Below, piece by piece: positions 11,211 through 24,904 of a stretch of DNA of 64,000 bases; position 1 is the first letter of the stretch, and each line of letters starts with the position of its first letter. Position numbers and translations under genes: made by a program. The notes under the pieces were generated by a model. The model was not told the DNA's origin and ran no database searches. It was given only the letters and a program-made list of their open reading frames with translations. The stretch is from positions 135,844,001-135,908,000 of the forward strand of contig NC_058368.1 of the NCBI RefSeq assembly GCF_018350175.1. The letters are read 5' to 3'. The DNA is from Felis catus. Its lineage: Eukaryota.

Positions 11211-12359
11211 ATGTCGTCCAGTGATGGAAGATGCAAGATTCGGGACAGGCACTATGATGAGGTCCCAAGGGACTCACCCTATCAAGATGGCACCATAGGA
11301 ACCCTCCAGACTCTTCATGACAGTGAGCTGGCCGTGAGCGCTGATCCCTTGCCACCACCCCCTCTCCCATTACAGCCACCATTCGGCCCAGACTTCTACT
11401 CAAGTGACACAGAGGAACCGGCCATAGCGCCAGATCTCAAACCCGTAAGGCGCTTTGTCCCTGAGTCCTGGAAGAACTTCTTCAGAGGGAAGAAAAAGGA
11501 CCTGGGATGGGATAAGCCGGTGTCTGACATCAGATACATCTCCGATGGAGTGGAGTGTTCACCTCCATCCTCTCCAGCAAGACCAAACCACCGTTCACCC
11601 CCCAACTCCGACAAAGATCCTTACGGAGGGTCAGAAGGAACCTTCAGTTCCCCGAAAGAGGCTGAGGCAATGTTTCCCCACGACCCCTACGGTTCACTAG
11701 GCCGCCACACACAGACAGCCCGAACGTACAGTGAGAAGGTGGAGGAGTATAACCTGAGGTATTCCTACATGAAGTCGTGGGCAGGCCTGCTGCGAATTCT
11801 GGGTGTGGTGGAGCTGCTCTTGGGAGCTGGTGTCTTTGCCTGTGTCACGGCTTACATTTACAAGGACAGCGAGTGGTATAACTTGTTCGGATATTCACAG
11901 CCCTATGGCATGGGAGGCCTCGGTGGCCTGGGCAGTACGTACGGGGGCTATTACTACAGTGGCCCCAAAACCCCTTTTGTACTCGTGGTTGCTGGATTAG
12001 CTTGGATCGCCACCGTTATTATTCTGGTTCTTGGCATGTCCATGTATTATCGGACCATTCTTTTGGATTCTAACTGGTGGCCTCTGACCGAATTTGGAAT
12101 TAACGTTGCCTTGTTTATTTTGTATATGGCTGCAGCCATAGTCTATGTGAATGATACCAACCGAGGGGGACTCTGCTACTATCCATTATTCAATACACCG
12201 ATGAATGCGTTGTTCTGCCGGGTAGAAGGAGGACAGATAGCAGCGATGATCTTCCTGTTTGTCACCATGATTGTTTATCTCGTTAGTGCTTTGGTTTGCC
12301 TAAAGTTATGGAGGCATGAGGCAGCTCGGAGACATAGGGAATACATGGAACAGCAGGAG
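11211..12359 (+). CDS. MARVELD2: MARVELD2/tricellulin exon 2: N-terminal cytoplasmic region and 4-TM MARVEL domain (383 codons; exon starts 11196)
   Basis: MSSSDGR...[17 protein letters not shown]...[20 protein letters not shown]...[10 protein letters not shown]; acceptor cacAG 11194-11195, donor GTAAGG 12360. Confidence 0.98.
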
Positions 12360-14924
12360 GTAAGGAACTTCATAATCCTTCATTCATTTTTAATTTTTTT
12401 CCTGTTATTTATCCCCTTGTTAAATATACATAGTTCTTAAAACAAAAATTTTATAAAAGGCTTTTTTAGGTTTATGTTGTTTATTTTGAGAGAGAGAGCA
12501 TGTGAGTGGGGTAGGGGCAGAGGGTGAGAGAGAGAATCCCAAGCAGTCTCCCTGCTGTCAGTGCAAAACCTGACACAGGGCTTGATCTCATGAACCATGG
12601 GATCATGACCTGAGCTGAAATGAGGAGTCAGGCATTTAACTGACCGAGCCACCCACGTGCCCCCCCCCCAACCTTTTTGTTTTAATGATCTGAAGTTCAA
12701 GAATCCTACCTCATTGACTGACCTGCTTTGGGTGGGATCACCCACTCTGGCGTGTCACTGTTCTAGAACATTGCAGGTAGGTACCAGATGTGTAAATACA
12801 GTATATAGTTTGTCGACTGCATTATGTCTGTGATGCTTAAGGGGAAAAAACAGCTACTGATTCTTACAACTAAGAATAAGACCATATTCAGTACAATAAA
12901 TGTCTCCCCGTTAAAGTAAGTTTAAGAACAGTGTTGATTCTTTAATATGGTAAAGCTTAACAAAAAAAAAATAACTTTTCAATTATAAGGAGAAAGTGCT
13001 TATTTACATGTTGTGATGAGTGACACTTTATTCCGGTGACTTAAATAAAGTGAAGTAAGAATACAGTGAACTGGGGGCGCCTGGGTGGCTCAGTCGGTTA
13101 AGCGTCCGACTTCGGCTCAGGTCATGATCTCAAGGTCCGTGAGTTCGAGCCCCACATAGGCTCTGTGCTGACAGCTCAGAGCCTAGAGCCTGTTTCCGAT
13201 TCTGTGTCTCCCTCTCTCTCTGACCCTCCCCTGTTCATGCTCTGTCTCTCTCTGTCTCAAAAATAAACATTAAAAAAAAAAAAAAGAATACAGTGAACCG
13301 TATTTGATTTTTTCAAGTATCAAGAGGCTGAGTGGTCATGAACATACTCTGAACACTTCCCTGGGCATTTTGATGTTTCATTCTTACTTTGGGGAAAAGA
13401 GTGTTCCCAAAATTAGAATGGGAGTCTGGCACTTGTTTTTATTTGTAGGATTTAACTAATTAAATAGAAGAAGGAGGAGAATTAATAATAATAATATAAT
13501 AACAATGCCTGAGGGATAAGATTATATAGAAGCCATATTTAAAATTTTTTGAACAGGAGCATCTGGGTGGCTCAGTTGGTTAAGCCTCCTGCTTTGGCTC
13601 AGGTCATGATCTCACAGTCTGTGAGTTCGAGCCCCGCATCAGGCTCTTTGCTGACTGCTTGGAGCCTGGAGCCTGCTTCAGATTCTGTGTCTCCCTCTCT
13701 CTCTGACCCATCCCCATTCATGCCCTGTCTCTCTCTGTCTCAAAAATAAATAAACATTAAAAAAAAAAAAGTACTCAGTAACCTATTTATTTACTCACTG
13801 ATCTGTGTATTTTGTGTTTACTCTTTTGCATGAATCTTACACATAAAACTTGACTAATTTTATAACAAGTACCTTGTGTTTGTACGATGAACCTTAACAT
13901 GTTGCAATGTGATCCATACTCTCTCATCACAATATATTAATCTTACTGGAACTCCACATAGAGTCAGGTTGTTTCTTTTTTTTTTTTTTTTTAATATTTA
14001 TTATTTATTTTTGAGAGAGAGAGACAGAGTGTGAGTAGGGGAGAGGCAGAGAGAAAGGGAGACACAGAATCCGAAGTAGGCTCCAGGCTCAGAGCTGTCA
14101 GCAGAGAGATGATGCGGGGCCCGAACCCACAAACCGTGAGATCATGACCTGAGCTGAAGTCGGACGCCCAACCGACTGAGCCACCCAGGTGCCCCTAGAT
14201 TCAAGTTATTTCTAAAGATTTATCTTAGCACATTAAGCATATTTCTTAATTTTACATCTGTGTATACAAAATAGAGAATTTCAGATTCAATCAGTATGAA
14301 ATCCAGATAGTGAAACACCCACATTTCCTCATAATTTTATGTAAGTTTAATAACAACAGAGTTCTTAATGTTGTTTCAAAATTCTTCATGAATAGGATTA
14401 TAATTATCGACATGATATATTCATTTCTTTTTCCTTTCTCAAAACTTGTTCCCATCAGACTTTTTCCAATGGTTGATGAGACTTGAATTACCCCTGCTAT
14501 AGAAGGTGGTCCCAGTTTGGGTGTTGCTGTGACCTCTTAATAGTTAGAAGCTATTCTGGCCTATGGGTTTTTTCTGTTAATTTTATAACGGTCTCTGTTT
14601 CCAGCTCTTTAATTGCACAAGGTATTGGGAGCCAAGAATAAATAAAATCTCTAGGTAATTCAAAGCACTTTACCTGATAGTCTCTATCATGTCTGTACTC
14701 CAACCCTGCTGTCTGTTCCTGGCTGACTAGAGGTTATCGTTATCCCTCCTCTGGCTCTTCTCCAGCCAATCGAAAGTCGCCCAGGTGAGGGGGAGGAGCA
14801 TCTGTCAAGCAGAGAACTGACCTCTGTGAAGTTGAGATTGGGCTATAAATGCAAATGGATGAAAATATTAACACAGTAGCCTCACACACCTTTGAAAAGT
14901 CATTTTAACTCTTTTTTGTTCCAG

Positions 14925-14960
14925 ATAAGTGAGCCATCGTTGCCATCAAAAAGGAAAATG
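14925..14960 (+). CDS. MARVELD2: MARVELD2 exon 3 (36 nt, symmetric)
   Basis: ttccAG / GTAAGA splice sites; encodes ISEPSLPSKRKM. Confidence 0.93.
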
Positions 14961-15320
14961 GTAAGAATAAAGTTCACATTATTATTTTATGTCTAGATTT
15001 GTTAAATACTTCTCTCTTATCTGTTTACCTGCAGAGTAGATCATCTGTCTGTGAAAGTGTGTCTATTACATTGAGTTCCTAACTGAACATGGAGTTTAAC
15101 TTTCAACTTTTTTCTCATAATGAGAGGATCAAATTAGACATGCACATGGTGTTTATTGGGCAAAATTATGGCTTTTATAGTTTTTATAGTGTCTTTTCAT
15201 TTTGTTAGTTGAACCCGTGAACAGTTGATTCTCCTTATATGTTTAAAATTTAATTTTTTTAAGTAAAGGAGATTCTGTCAAACTTTTTTTAGTCTCTTTA
15301 AAGTTCTTTGACATTCTTTA

Positions 15321-15546
15321 TTTTTTTTTTTAATTTTTTTTTTCAACATTTATTTATTTTTGGGACAGAGAGAGACAGAGCATGAACGGGGGAGGGGCAG
15401 AGAGAGAGGGAGACACAGAATCGGAAACAGGCTCCAGTCTCCGAGCCATCAGCCCAGAGCCCGACGCGGGGCTCGAACTCACGGACCGCGAGATCGTGAC
15501 CTGGCTGAAGTCGGACGCTTAACTGACTGCGCCACCCAGGCGCCCC
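15321..15546 (-). mobile_element. Very young felid SINE (SINEC_Fc type) with perfect TSD
   Basis: CpGs intact; TSD aaagttctttgacattctttt at 15300-15320 and 15547-15567. Confidence 0.95.
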
Positions 15547-16169
15547 AAAGTTCTTTGACATTCTTTTCTGACCTTCTCATCTTGTTTTCAGATGCTAAAT
15601 TTTGTTGTGTCAGGAAGAAAATTCCTATTCCAGAATTTACTAATAGTGTGACAATAGGCAAGGTATTTAACTTTCCATGCCTTAATTTCGTCTGTAAAAT
15701 TGGAATAATAATAATAATAATTTCTACATCACATGTTTGCTGAGAGAATTAAATGAGATGCTATTATACTTATATACACATATGTAAAAACCTAACATAT
15801 TATCATAATTTTACCTCATTGAAAAGTCCTTTTTTAAAAATATTAGGTATTATTTCTAAGCAAGAGGTTGAGAGTCCAGACTTTGGATTTGTTTGTTTCT
15901 TTGAAAAGGGAGTATATTTACTTGGTTCAAAATTCAAAAGGCTCTCGAGGGCGCCTGGGTGGCTAGGTTGGTTGAGCATCAGACTTTGGCTTAGATCACG
16001 ATCTCATGGTTCATGAGTGCGAGTCCCACATCAGGCTCTCTTCTGTCAGTGTGGAGCCTGCTTCAGATCCTCTGTACCCCCCTCTCTCTGCAACCCCTCC
16101 TTCCCTCCCTCTCTCTCTCTCTCTCTCTCTCAAAAACAAACAAAAAAAATTCAAAGGGGTCTTTAATAC

Positions 16170-17200
16170 AAAGTCTTCTCTCACTCCTCTGTCTCAGCTT
16201 CCCAGCTCTCCCACTTGGAAGGAACCAGTGTTATCAGTGCCTTGTGTTTCCTTTCAGATATCTGTTTATATTATACATACATATTACATATATACACATA
16301 TGTAAAATGTATGTATATTTGCTTAACTCCCCCTTTCACACTGCCATCCCATACACAGTTACATATGTCCCTTTTTTTTCACTTAACAATATGTTTCTTG
16401 AGAAGTTTCCTTATTAATACATAAAGAATTTCTGCATTCTCTTTTTATAGCTATATATATAGTATTGCATTATATGGATGTTACATAATTTACCTAACCA
16501 TAAATGACCATTTATGGAACGCCTGGGTGGTTCAGTCGGTTAAGCGTCCGACTTCAGCTCAGGTCATGATCTCACAGTTCCTGGGTTCAAGCCCCATGTT
16601 GGGCTCTGTGCTGACAGCTCGGATCCTGGAGCCTGCTTTGGATTCTCTGTCTCCCTCTCTCTATACCCCTCCCCTGCTTGTTTGCTTGCTTGCTCTCTCT
16701 CTATCTCTGTCAAAAATAAATAAACATTAAAAAAATTTTTTTAATGACCATTTAAGTTGTTTCCAATCTTTCTCTATTAAAAACAGTGCTGCAGTGAATA
16801 ACTGTATACATCCAAGTATATGCTTGTACATACTTCCTTCCAGATATGCGTAAGTGCACCTGAAAGATAAATTCTAAGAAGGAAATTTCTGGATTAGAAG
16901 AAATGCACGTGTTTATTTTGACTACCAAGTTGCCCGATAGAAGTTTTGCCAATTTGTACTCCCAGCAGCACCACGGGCTACCTCACACCTTGACCAACAC
17001 ACTGTGTTAGGAAATTTGTTGACATTTGTCAACCTGATAGATGAAAAATGATATCTAATATAGTTGTAATTTACATTTCTCTTATAAGGAGTGAGATTGA
17101 GCATTTTTAATGTATTATGTTTGCTTTTCCTTCCCTGTTAAACTGTATCCTGTCCACTTTTTTACTAAGTTGCTAATTTATACAAGTCCTTCAAGTGAAT
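16170..17200 (-). mobile_element. L1ME-type fragment with SINE insertion
   Basis: Antisense L1 3' similarity (ttgtttccaatc...tgcagtgaata...tactcccagcagc). Confidence 0.7.
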
Positions 17201-20200
17201 GCATTTTAAAAATACCTTTTATAGGTTTTTGGGGTTTTTTTTGAAGTTTATTCATTTTGAGAGAGACAGATACAGTGTGAGCGGGGGAGGGGTAGAGACA
17301 GAGGGAGAGAAAGCAAATCACAAGCAGGCCCTCCACTGTCAGCACAGAGCCCGATGTGGGGCTCCAGCTCACAAAATTGTGAGATCATCACCTGAGCCAA
17401 AACTGAGTCAGTTAAGTAACTGACTGAGCCACTCAGGTGCCCAGGATCTTTTTTGCTTTTAAAGTTTATTTATTTATTTATTTTAAGAGAGAGAGAGCAT
17501 GAGCAGGGGAGGGTCAGGGAGAGAGGGAGAGAGAATCCCAAGCAGGCTCCGTGCTCAGCATGGAGCCAAATATAGGGCTTGATCCCACAACCATGAGATC
17601 ATGACCTGAGTCTATATCAAGAGTTGGACGTTTAACCAACAGAGCCACCCAGCCACCCCTATAGGTTCTTTTTAACTTTATTCTCTATATTATAACACAA
17701 ATACTGTATGAAGATGTTTTATTCACAGTGAAGTAAGGGATTTATTTATCTATCTATCTATCTATCTATTTTTAATGTTTATTCTGAGAGAAAAAGAACA
17801 CATGCATACACAAGGGCAAGTAGGGAGGGGCAGAGAGAAGGAGAATGCCAGGCACGCTTTGTGCTCTCCGTGGAGATCCCACAAATAGTGAGATCATGAC
17901 CTGAGCTGAAATCAAGAGTTGGACGCTGAACCACCCAGGTCCCCCTTCAAAATTTTAAAAGCTTTTAACGAATTAAACTAACAAATACTTCAGATCAGGG
18001 GTGCCTGGGTGGCTCAGTTGGTTAAATGTCCAACTCTTAATATCGATTCAGGTCTTGACTTCAGGGTTGTGAGTTTGAGCTCTGGGCTTTGCGCTAGGCA
18101 TGGAGCCTGCATACATACATACATACATAAAATTGAGATAAGCAATGTAAAGCTGATGTTTATTTAATTAATAACACTGGCCCTTTGAGATTTAGGTGCA
18201 GCTTCCCTAACTTACCTATGGGCTGCCTTCCAGTGTTAGTACTGAGACGTAAATAAGTTTGACCAAATGAAGAGAGCAGTCTTCCCCGTGGAGAGTCCTC
18301 ATCAGAGCGTCTTGGGCAGACCGTTGCCGGTACTCTCATTCCAGGTTTCTAGTACCACCTTAACCCTTTGGGAAGTTCTACTCCCTCAGAGGGACTGACT
18401 CCGAAACTCTTGAATCCCACCCTGGCCAGGAATGACCATCATTGCTGCCTCTCAGCCCAATGAGAGTCCTAACATAGTGCTCACCGCACGGAGAATAATC
18501 AAGTTTAAAAGGACTTTGGTTTAGAAGATGAATCAGGGTTACAAAGGCTATTTATAACGAAAAGGGGTCTACAGACTTAACTTGTTAACAGGTGATAGTG
18601 TAACGTGATACCAGAGTTAGCAAGTTAGAGTGCTAGCATTAAGAAGTATATTTCATGGGGGTGGCGCCTGGGTGGCTCAGTTGTTTTGAGGGTCAGACTC
18701 TTGGTTTCGGCTCAGGTCATGATCTCGTGGTTTGTGAGTTCAAGCCCTGCTTCGGGCTTCACACTGACAGCGCAGAGCCCGCTTGGGATTCTCTCTTTCC
18801 CGCTCTCTGCACCCCTCTCAAAATAAATAAATAAACTTAAAAAAAAAAGTGTGTTTCAGATCATCCTCAGGGACTTAATCTGTTTGTTTTGTGGGGGTTG
18901 AAGGTGGTGTGCACTTTGCAGATGTTGATTGTTAAGCAACAAGCTGGACAGGGCTGTTTAATGGGGCTGCAGTGTGACAGCAATGTGGCAATGATGGTCA
19001 TTGTTTGCCATGGTGAAATTTATGGGCTTCCTCGTCAGTCCCTTTGAGGTCATGGGATTTACCAGTGGGGTTAAGTGCAGAGTGGAGTCCACCTGAAAGG
19101 TTTGGCTGAATTGGGGGGGAGTTGCCCCAGATGCTAGGGTGGTCAGCATCCTGGTTTGGTGAGAATGTGGCTAAAGCAGATTCCACAGGTAGGACAGGGT
19201 TAGGGAAATCTGCAAGCAAGTTCCAGAGTACCTCTTCCAGGCTGCCTTAGAAGGCTGGTACGCATCACGTCCAGGGTGTGTTGCAGGGTCCCAGCTCCCG
19301 AGGGGTCCTGGAATAGTCAGAAATAACCTTAGTGGAGTTGGAACCCCCATTCCTAGAACTCCTTTGAAAATGATACCAATCCAGAGGCACCTGGGTGGCT
19401 CAGTCGGTTAAGCATCAGACTCTTGATTTCAGCTCAGGTCATGATTTCACAGTTCGTGGTTCATGGGTTTGAGCCCCATGTCACGCTCTGTGCTGACAGC
19501 ACGGAGCCTGCTTGGGATTCTCTCTCTCTCCCTCTCTCTCTCCCCACTTCTCCTCTCGTACATGCTCTCTCTCTCAAAATAAATTAAAAAAAAAAAAAAA
19601 GAAAAATCATACCAATCCAGTTAATTTATACTCTTTCAATATATGGTTGCTGAATGCAAAAGATGTCCTTTCATGGGGCTCTTTTCCTGGGAAATGAATC
19701 ATTATGGATCTACAATTAGGTGTGCTCTAGAGGCAAACTTCCATGAGAGGGAATCTCATGACTTAATTGAGGAATCTCTATTGGACTTACCTGCTAGAAA
19801 CCTTTTAGAAAAGGTTGGATCTCCAGCTTCTCACTGGGTTTGATTTCCACCAGCTTCCTTCCCAGTTCTTAGTAAGAATTGGCAGCCTACCACAGGAGAG
19901 GCAGTAGTATGATAAACAAAATAAACTTTGGAATCAGGCAAATCTGAGTTTTATTACTAGTAACTCCATGATTCTGAGGAAATTATGCACCCTCTCTGAG
20001 CTGTCCCTTGTATCCTGTCCCTTGTTTGGAGCTTTTTCCTAGACTGTAACTTCTTATTTTGTATTTTAATAAATATACTTTCTGAAAAGCAAATAAGATC
20101 ATTTTTAAAAATAAATATACAGACATAAAGTAAGATCAAACAGAAGCAGAAAAAAGTTCTAATAACTCCCTAAGTGCCGAACAGGTTTTTTTCCAAGCCA

Positions 20201-23200
20201 GAAAAGTGAGACTCTAATCTGAGCATTGAAGGTGATGGTGTGGGTTTGGGACCGGAGCCTCTGCACCATTGTATTCTATGCTCAGAGGGAGAGAGACTCA
20301 GCATTTGGACAAATGTACACTATTTCTAACTTGGCAGCATATTCAGCCCGTTTTTATTTAAAGCATTTTTTTATTGAAGTCGACACACACTGTTAATTAC
20401 TTTCAGGCATACAACATAGCGATTCAACATCTCTCTACGTTATGCTCTGCTCACAAGTGTAACTGCCATCTCTCACCATACAACACTATTCCAGTGTCAT
20501 TGACTCTATTCCTTATGCTGTGCCTTTCATCCCCGTGACTTACTCGTTCCATAACTGGAAGCCTGCACCTCCCTGTCTTCTTCACCCATCTTTCCCCGTC
20601 TTCCCAATACATTTTTTAATTTGAAAAGCTTAGTAATTATAACCATAGCATTACTTACCCTGTTGCTTAATTACTTTCTCTTGCCTCATGATAAAGCTTT
20701 TTTGATATTTGCTGACGACATTCATTTTTGCTAGAAGCAAAGAAAGGTCATCTGAAATCTCGGGCCATGTGTTTGTAGTCACGGATACGGTTTGAGAGTG
20801 ATGTGTTCCAGGGCTGTGGAGCCCAACACATCCATCCGATAAAAGCCTAATGAGGGGCGCCTGGGTGGCTCAGTCGGTTAAGCATCTGACTTCAGCTCAG
20901 GTCACGATCTCACAGTCTGTGAGTTCGAGCCCCGAGTCGGGCTCTGGGCTGACAGCTCAGAGCCTGGAGCCTGTTTCGGATTCTGTGTCTCCCTCTCTCT
21001 CTGCCCCTCCCCCGTTCGTGCTCTGTCTCTCTGTCTCAAAAATAAATAAACCTTAAAAAAAAAATTAAAAGCCTGATGAGGTTTTGATTCTTTGTCTTAT
21101 GTGTGCTTTCAGATTCTTTTTTTTCTCAATAAGGTTTTCTGAAACTCAGGGTCAGTGACATTCACCCAAAAACAAGTTAAGAGCATAAAAACAAAAAAAT
21201 TTAAAGCAGATGACAGCACGGAAACTACTGTGAAACTACTCTGACTTCTTTAAAATTCCCTTTTTATTTATTTTTTTAAGTTGTTTTTTTTTTTTTCATG
21301 TTTATGTATTTATCTTTGAGAGAGAGAGAGAACATGAGCAGGAAAGGGGCAGAGAGAAAGGGAGGTACAGAATCCAAAGCAGGCTCCAGGCTGTGAGCTG
21401 TCAGCACAGAGCCCGAAGCTCTGCTCAAACTCACTGACCATACGATCATAACCTGGGCCGAAGTCAGATGCTTAGCCAACTGAGCCACCCAGGCGCCCCT
21501 TAAAGCTCCCTTTTCAAATTAAAAAGTGAATCTTACAACTAGGTATAGGCAAGTAAGGAAAATGAATAGTTCCTGCTTGAAAAACGTGACCTAGACGCAA
21601 ACAAACAACAACCGCCCTCCTATGGCCTCTCCTGCCCACTGTGACTGCCTGGGCAGAATTTATGATTTTGACCTGGAAACCCGAGTTTGGTACCTGCGGC
21701 TGCCGCTAAGCTCTAGAGAGTCACCATGCTCCATAGCTCCTTCAGTGAGCTGTGTGGGAAATGGGTTGTTAAATATTTAAAAGCTAAGAAGGGCTGCCAT
21801 GAAATAGAGATCCATTTATTTAAGCCAAAAAAGGTCCCCCTAATTTAATACCATGATTCACTATCAAGATCACTATCAAGATCAAACACATTAAGAATTC
21901 AGTAGGATGAAGAAATGGCATCCCAAGCAGTGGAGAACAAAAGAGAATAAATACTAACCTCAGGAGCTGTTCCCTGAAATACTCTTGTTTAATCTCCTTT
22001 CCTTGGGGTTTCCTGCTCTGCACTTGAATTCTTGCTGTTTGGGGCCCAGTGGCCAGGCATGCCTTCTGCACCAAGATGATCTGGTTCCCCTTCCAGCTGT
22101 CACCCTGGGTGCCTTGGGCCCAGCTTCTCCTCTCCAACCCTCCCCCAATGCTGGTTTAGCAGCCTCACCATCTAATGTGTGAGCTAATCTTAAACCAAAC
22201 CTCAGAGGCAGCCTCAGAGATAGGGAAATCAGGAAACAAAAGGATTTTAAAGCTGCCTGGTAAGGTAAAGAGCAAAGTTTTAAAATCCTGTGTTGCAGTT
22301 TGTTTTCAGCCAAGTTGCCCCCTGCCCAAGCTGCTCTCAGTTTAGTTCAGCAAGTTTAATTCAGCAAGTGTCTGCTGAAGTCCCAAAGAGGGGTCAGTGG
22401 AGGGGGACTTACTGCTCTAATGAGAAATCAACCGTTTCTAGCGTGCTGTCAGAATTGAGGCTTGAACAGTATGCATTTACGTAAACCTTTCTTGTGTTAT
22501 TCCTTAAAACCCCAAAAAGTTCTGGGTTTTTTTTGTTGTTTTTGGGGGCGGGCAGGGAGAGCCTAAGCAGGGGAGAGGGGCAGAGAGAGACAGAATCTTA
22601 AAAAAAAAAATTTTTTTTTTAATGTTTATTTTATTTTTGAGAGAGAGACAGAGGGGGCATGAATGGCAGAGGGGCAGAGAGGAAGGAACAGAGAATCCGA
22701 AGCAGTCTCCAGTCTCTGAGCATAATGTGGGGCTCACACCCAGGAACTATGAGATCATGGCTTGAGCCGAAGTCAGACACTTAAACCAACTGAGCCACTC
22801 AGGTGCCCCCAGACAGAGAAAATCTTAAGCAAGTTCCACTCTCAGTGCAGAGCCCAACACTGGGCTCGATCTCATTACCAGGAGATTGTGACCTGAACCG
22901 AAATCAAGAGTCAGATGCTTAACCGACTGAGCTACCCAGGTGACCCCAAAATTCTGGGTTTTAATTGTGGCTTTTCCACTTCCCAGTTGTGAGGCTCTAG
23001 AAAATATACCTAACTTCTCTGAACCTTGCTTCTTTCTGTGTAAAATAGAAACCCCTCTCCTGGCATCCACAGGCCTCGCCAGCATGGTTGGTATTCTGGG
23101 CACTGCCCAGTGGGGTTCCTGAACGGTCTCTCCCCAAAGCTACATACCCATGTTAGCCTGCTCATTCTAGAATGGGTTCCCCTGGGCCTTTGCATCCCTG

Positions 23201-24151
23201 CTTCCCATATGTCGGTATTTTAGTGCTTGAAAGCCTGTCCTGATACTTCCTCTCTGGGCCACTTCATTTTGTGCTGTTTCCCCTCTTTTGAAATGTACCA
23301 TTTTTTTACTAAAAAGGCCTCTATGAACTCTCCAGTCTAGAAACCAGAATGACTTAAACCAGGGGATCACAGGTTCAGAACTCTTGGACAACTAAAAGAC
23401 CTTCACTGCCTTTCCCTTGGGTTTGCTTGTTTTCCATTTCAGGTAATGAAGACAATGTAACTTGTTTCCCTTTCTGACCTACTCAGTGGCTACTGGTAGT
23501 TCATTCATCTCAAGTTCCCCTGTCATTTTTTCTCTTGTTGTTTAAGTAGCCTTGTTCCATTTTCATCTCTGAATTTCTTTTTTTTTTTTTTCAAGTTTAC
23601 TTATTTATTTTGAGAGAGAGAGAGAGAGTGCATGTGAGCCAGGGAGGGGCAGAGAGAGGGGGAGGGAGAGAATCTCAAGCAGACTCTGTCAGTGCAGAGC
23701 CCAATGCGGGCTCAATCTCATGAACCGTGAGATCATGACCTGAGCTGAAATCAAGGGTCAGATGCTTAACTGACTGAGCCACCTGGCGCCCATGAACTTC
23801 TTATTTTGAACTACATTTTGTATTCTTTTATAGCTAATTGAGGCATAAATCCTAAATAAACTACTTAAGACCCTACATTTAACATTTCATCCTCCACATT
23901 TGACATCCACACGATTGTTTTGTACTGTTACGTACTCCTGTATTGCAGTGTGCTTCCCTTTAGCCATTACAAAAGCATTCAGAACAACTTTGTGACTATA
24001 AAACCTGTAATTCTAAAGCGAAGTATTAATTTCTGCTTCTACTTCCTACTCCTTCTCCCCACCATTTTCTTCTAAGAAACAAAGTCGTGGTTTTGTTCTT
24101 CTTCTTCTGCATCTGTTTACAAATAAATGCTCTTTTCCTCCCTAACTGCAG

Positions 24152-24300
24152 TGTGAAATGGCCACTGGTGTTGACAGACAGAGAGACCAAGAAGCTAATT
24201 TCAAAGAATTGAGACCAGCAAAAATGAAGCCTGAGCTACTAAGTGGGCACATTCCCCCAGGCCACATTCCTAAACCTATCGTGATGCCCGACTATGTGGC
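24152..24300 (+). CDS. MARVELD2: MARVELD2 exon 4 (149 nt)
   Basis: tgcAG / GTGAGT splice sites; encodes CEMATGVDRQRDQEANFKELRPAKMKPELLSGHIPPGHIPKPIVMPDYV(A). Confidence 0.95.
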
Positions 24301-24732
24301 GTGAGTGTCTAAGTCCTTCTTCGAGGTAGAAATGGAGAGGTTCCATTTGGGCATTTCATTTTCCTGTTTGTCTCCAAGCTAATGCTCTCTGCTTAAGATC
24401 ATTTGTATCCAGGGGCACCTGGGTGGCTCAGTCAGCCAAGCGTCTGACTTCGGCTCAGGTCATGATCTCACGGTTTGTGAGTTCGAGCCCTGTGTCAGGC
24501 TCTGTGCTGACAGCTCAGAGCCTGGAGCCTGCTTCGGAGTCTGTCTCTCCCTCTCTCCCTCTCTCCCTCTCTCCCTCTCTCCCTCTCTCCCTCTCTCTGA
24601 GCTGTTTGTTCCCTGAGAGGTAGTACATTGAATTGAAGATACGGTGTGGTCAGTGAGGGAAGAGCTAAGCTGATTTCCCATTCAGTCCGTTTCAGTGAAA
24701 AAGTCACATCGCTGGCCAATTTTTTCCCGCAG

Positions 24733-24904
24733 AAAATACCCTGTGATTCAGACAGATGATGAACGAGAACGCTATAAAGCTGTGTTCCAAGACCAGTTTT
24801 CAGAGTACAAAGAGCTTTCTGCAGAAGTCCAAGCCGTCTTGAGGAAGTTTGATGAGCTGGATGCAGTGATGAGCAGATTGCCACGTTGTTCGGAAAACCA
24901 ACAG
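24733..24904 (+). CDS. MARVELD2: MARVELD2 exon 5 (172 nt), occludin/ELL domain
   Basis: cgcAG / GTCAGT splice sites; encodes KYPVIQTDDERERYKAVFQDQFSEYKELSAEVQAVLRKFDELDAVMSRLPRCSENQQ. Confidence 0.96.

Noticed and set aside
12360..12440. 409-aa ORF with an extra hydrophobic tail, suggesting a fifth TM helix
   Set aside because: It is read-through past a strong GTAAGG donor into T-rich intron; the spliced CDS continues at 14925.
18200..19375. GC-richer intronic stretch, possibly an LTR or hidden exon
   Set aside because: I could not assign a family or find supported splice sites or coding signal.
24135..24151. ctccctaactgcag resembling a U12 branch point
   Set aside because: The intron 3 donor is GTAAGA, not GTATCCTT, so it is a normal U2 intron.
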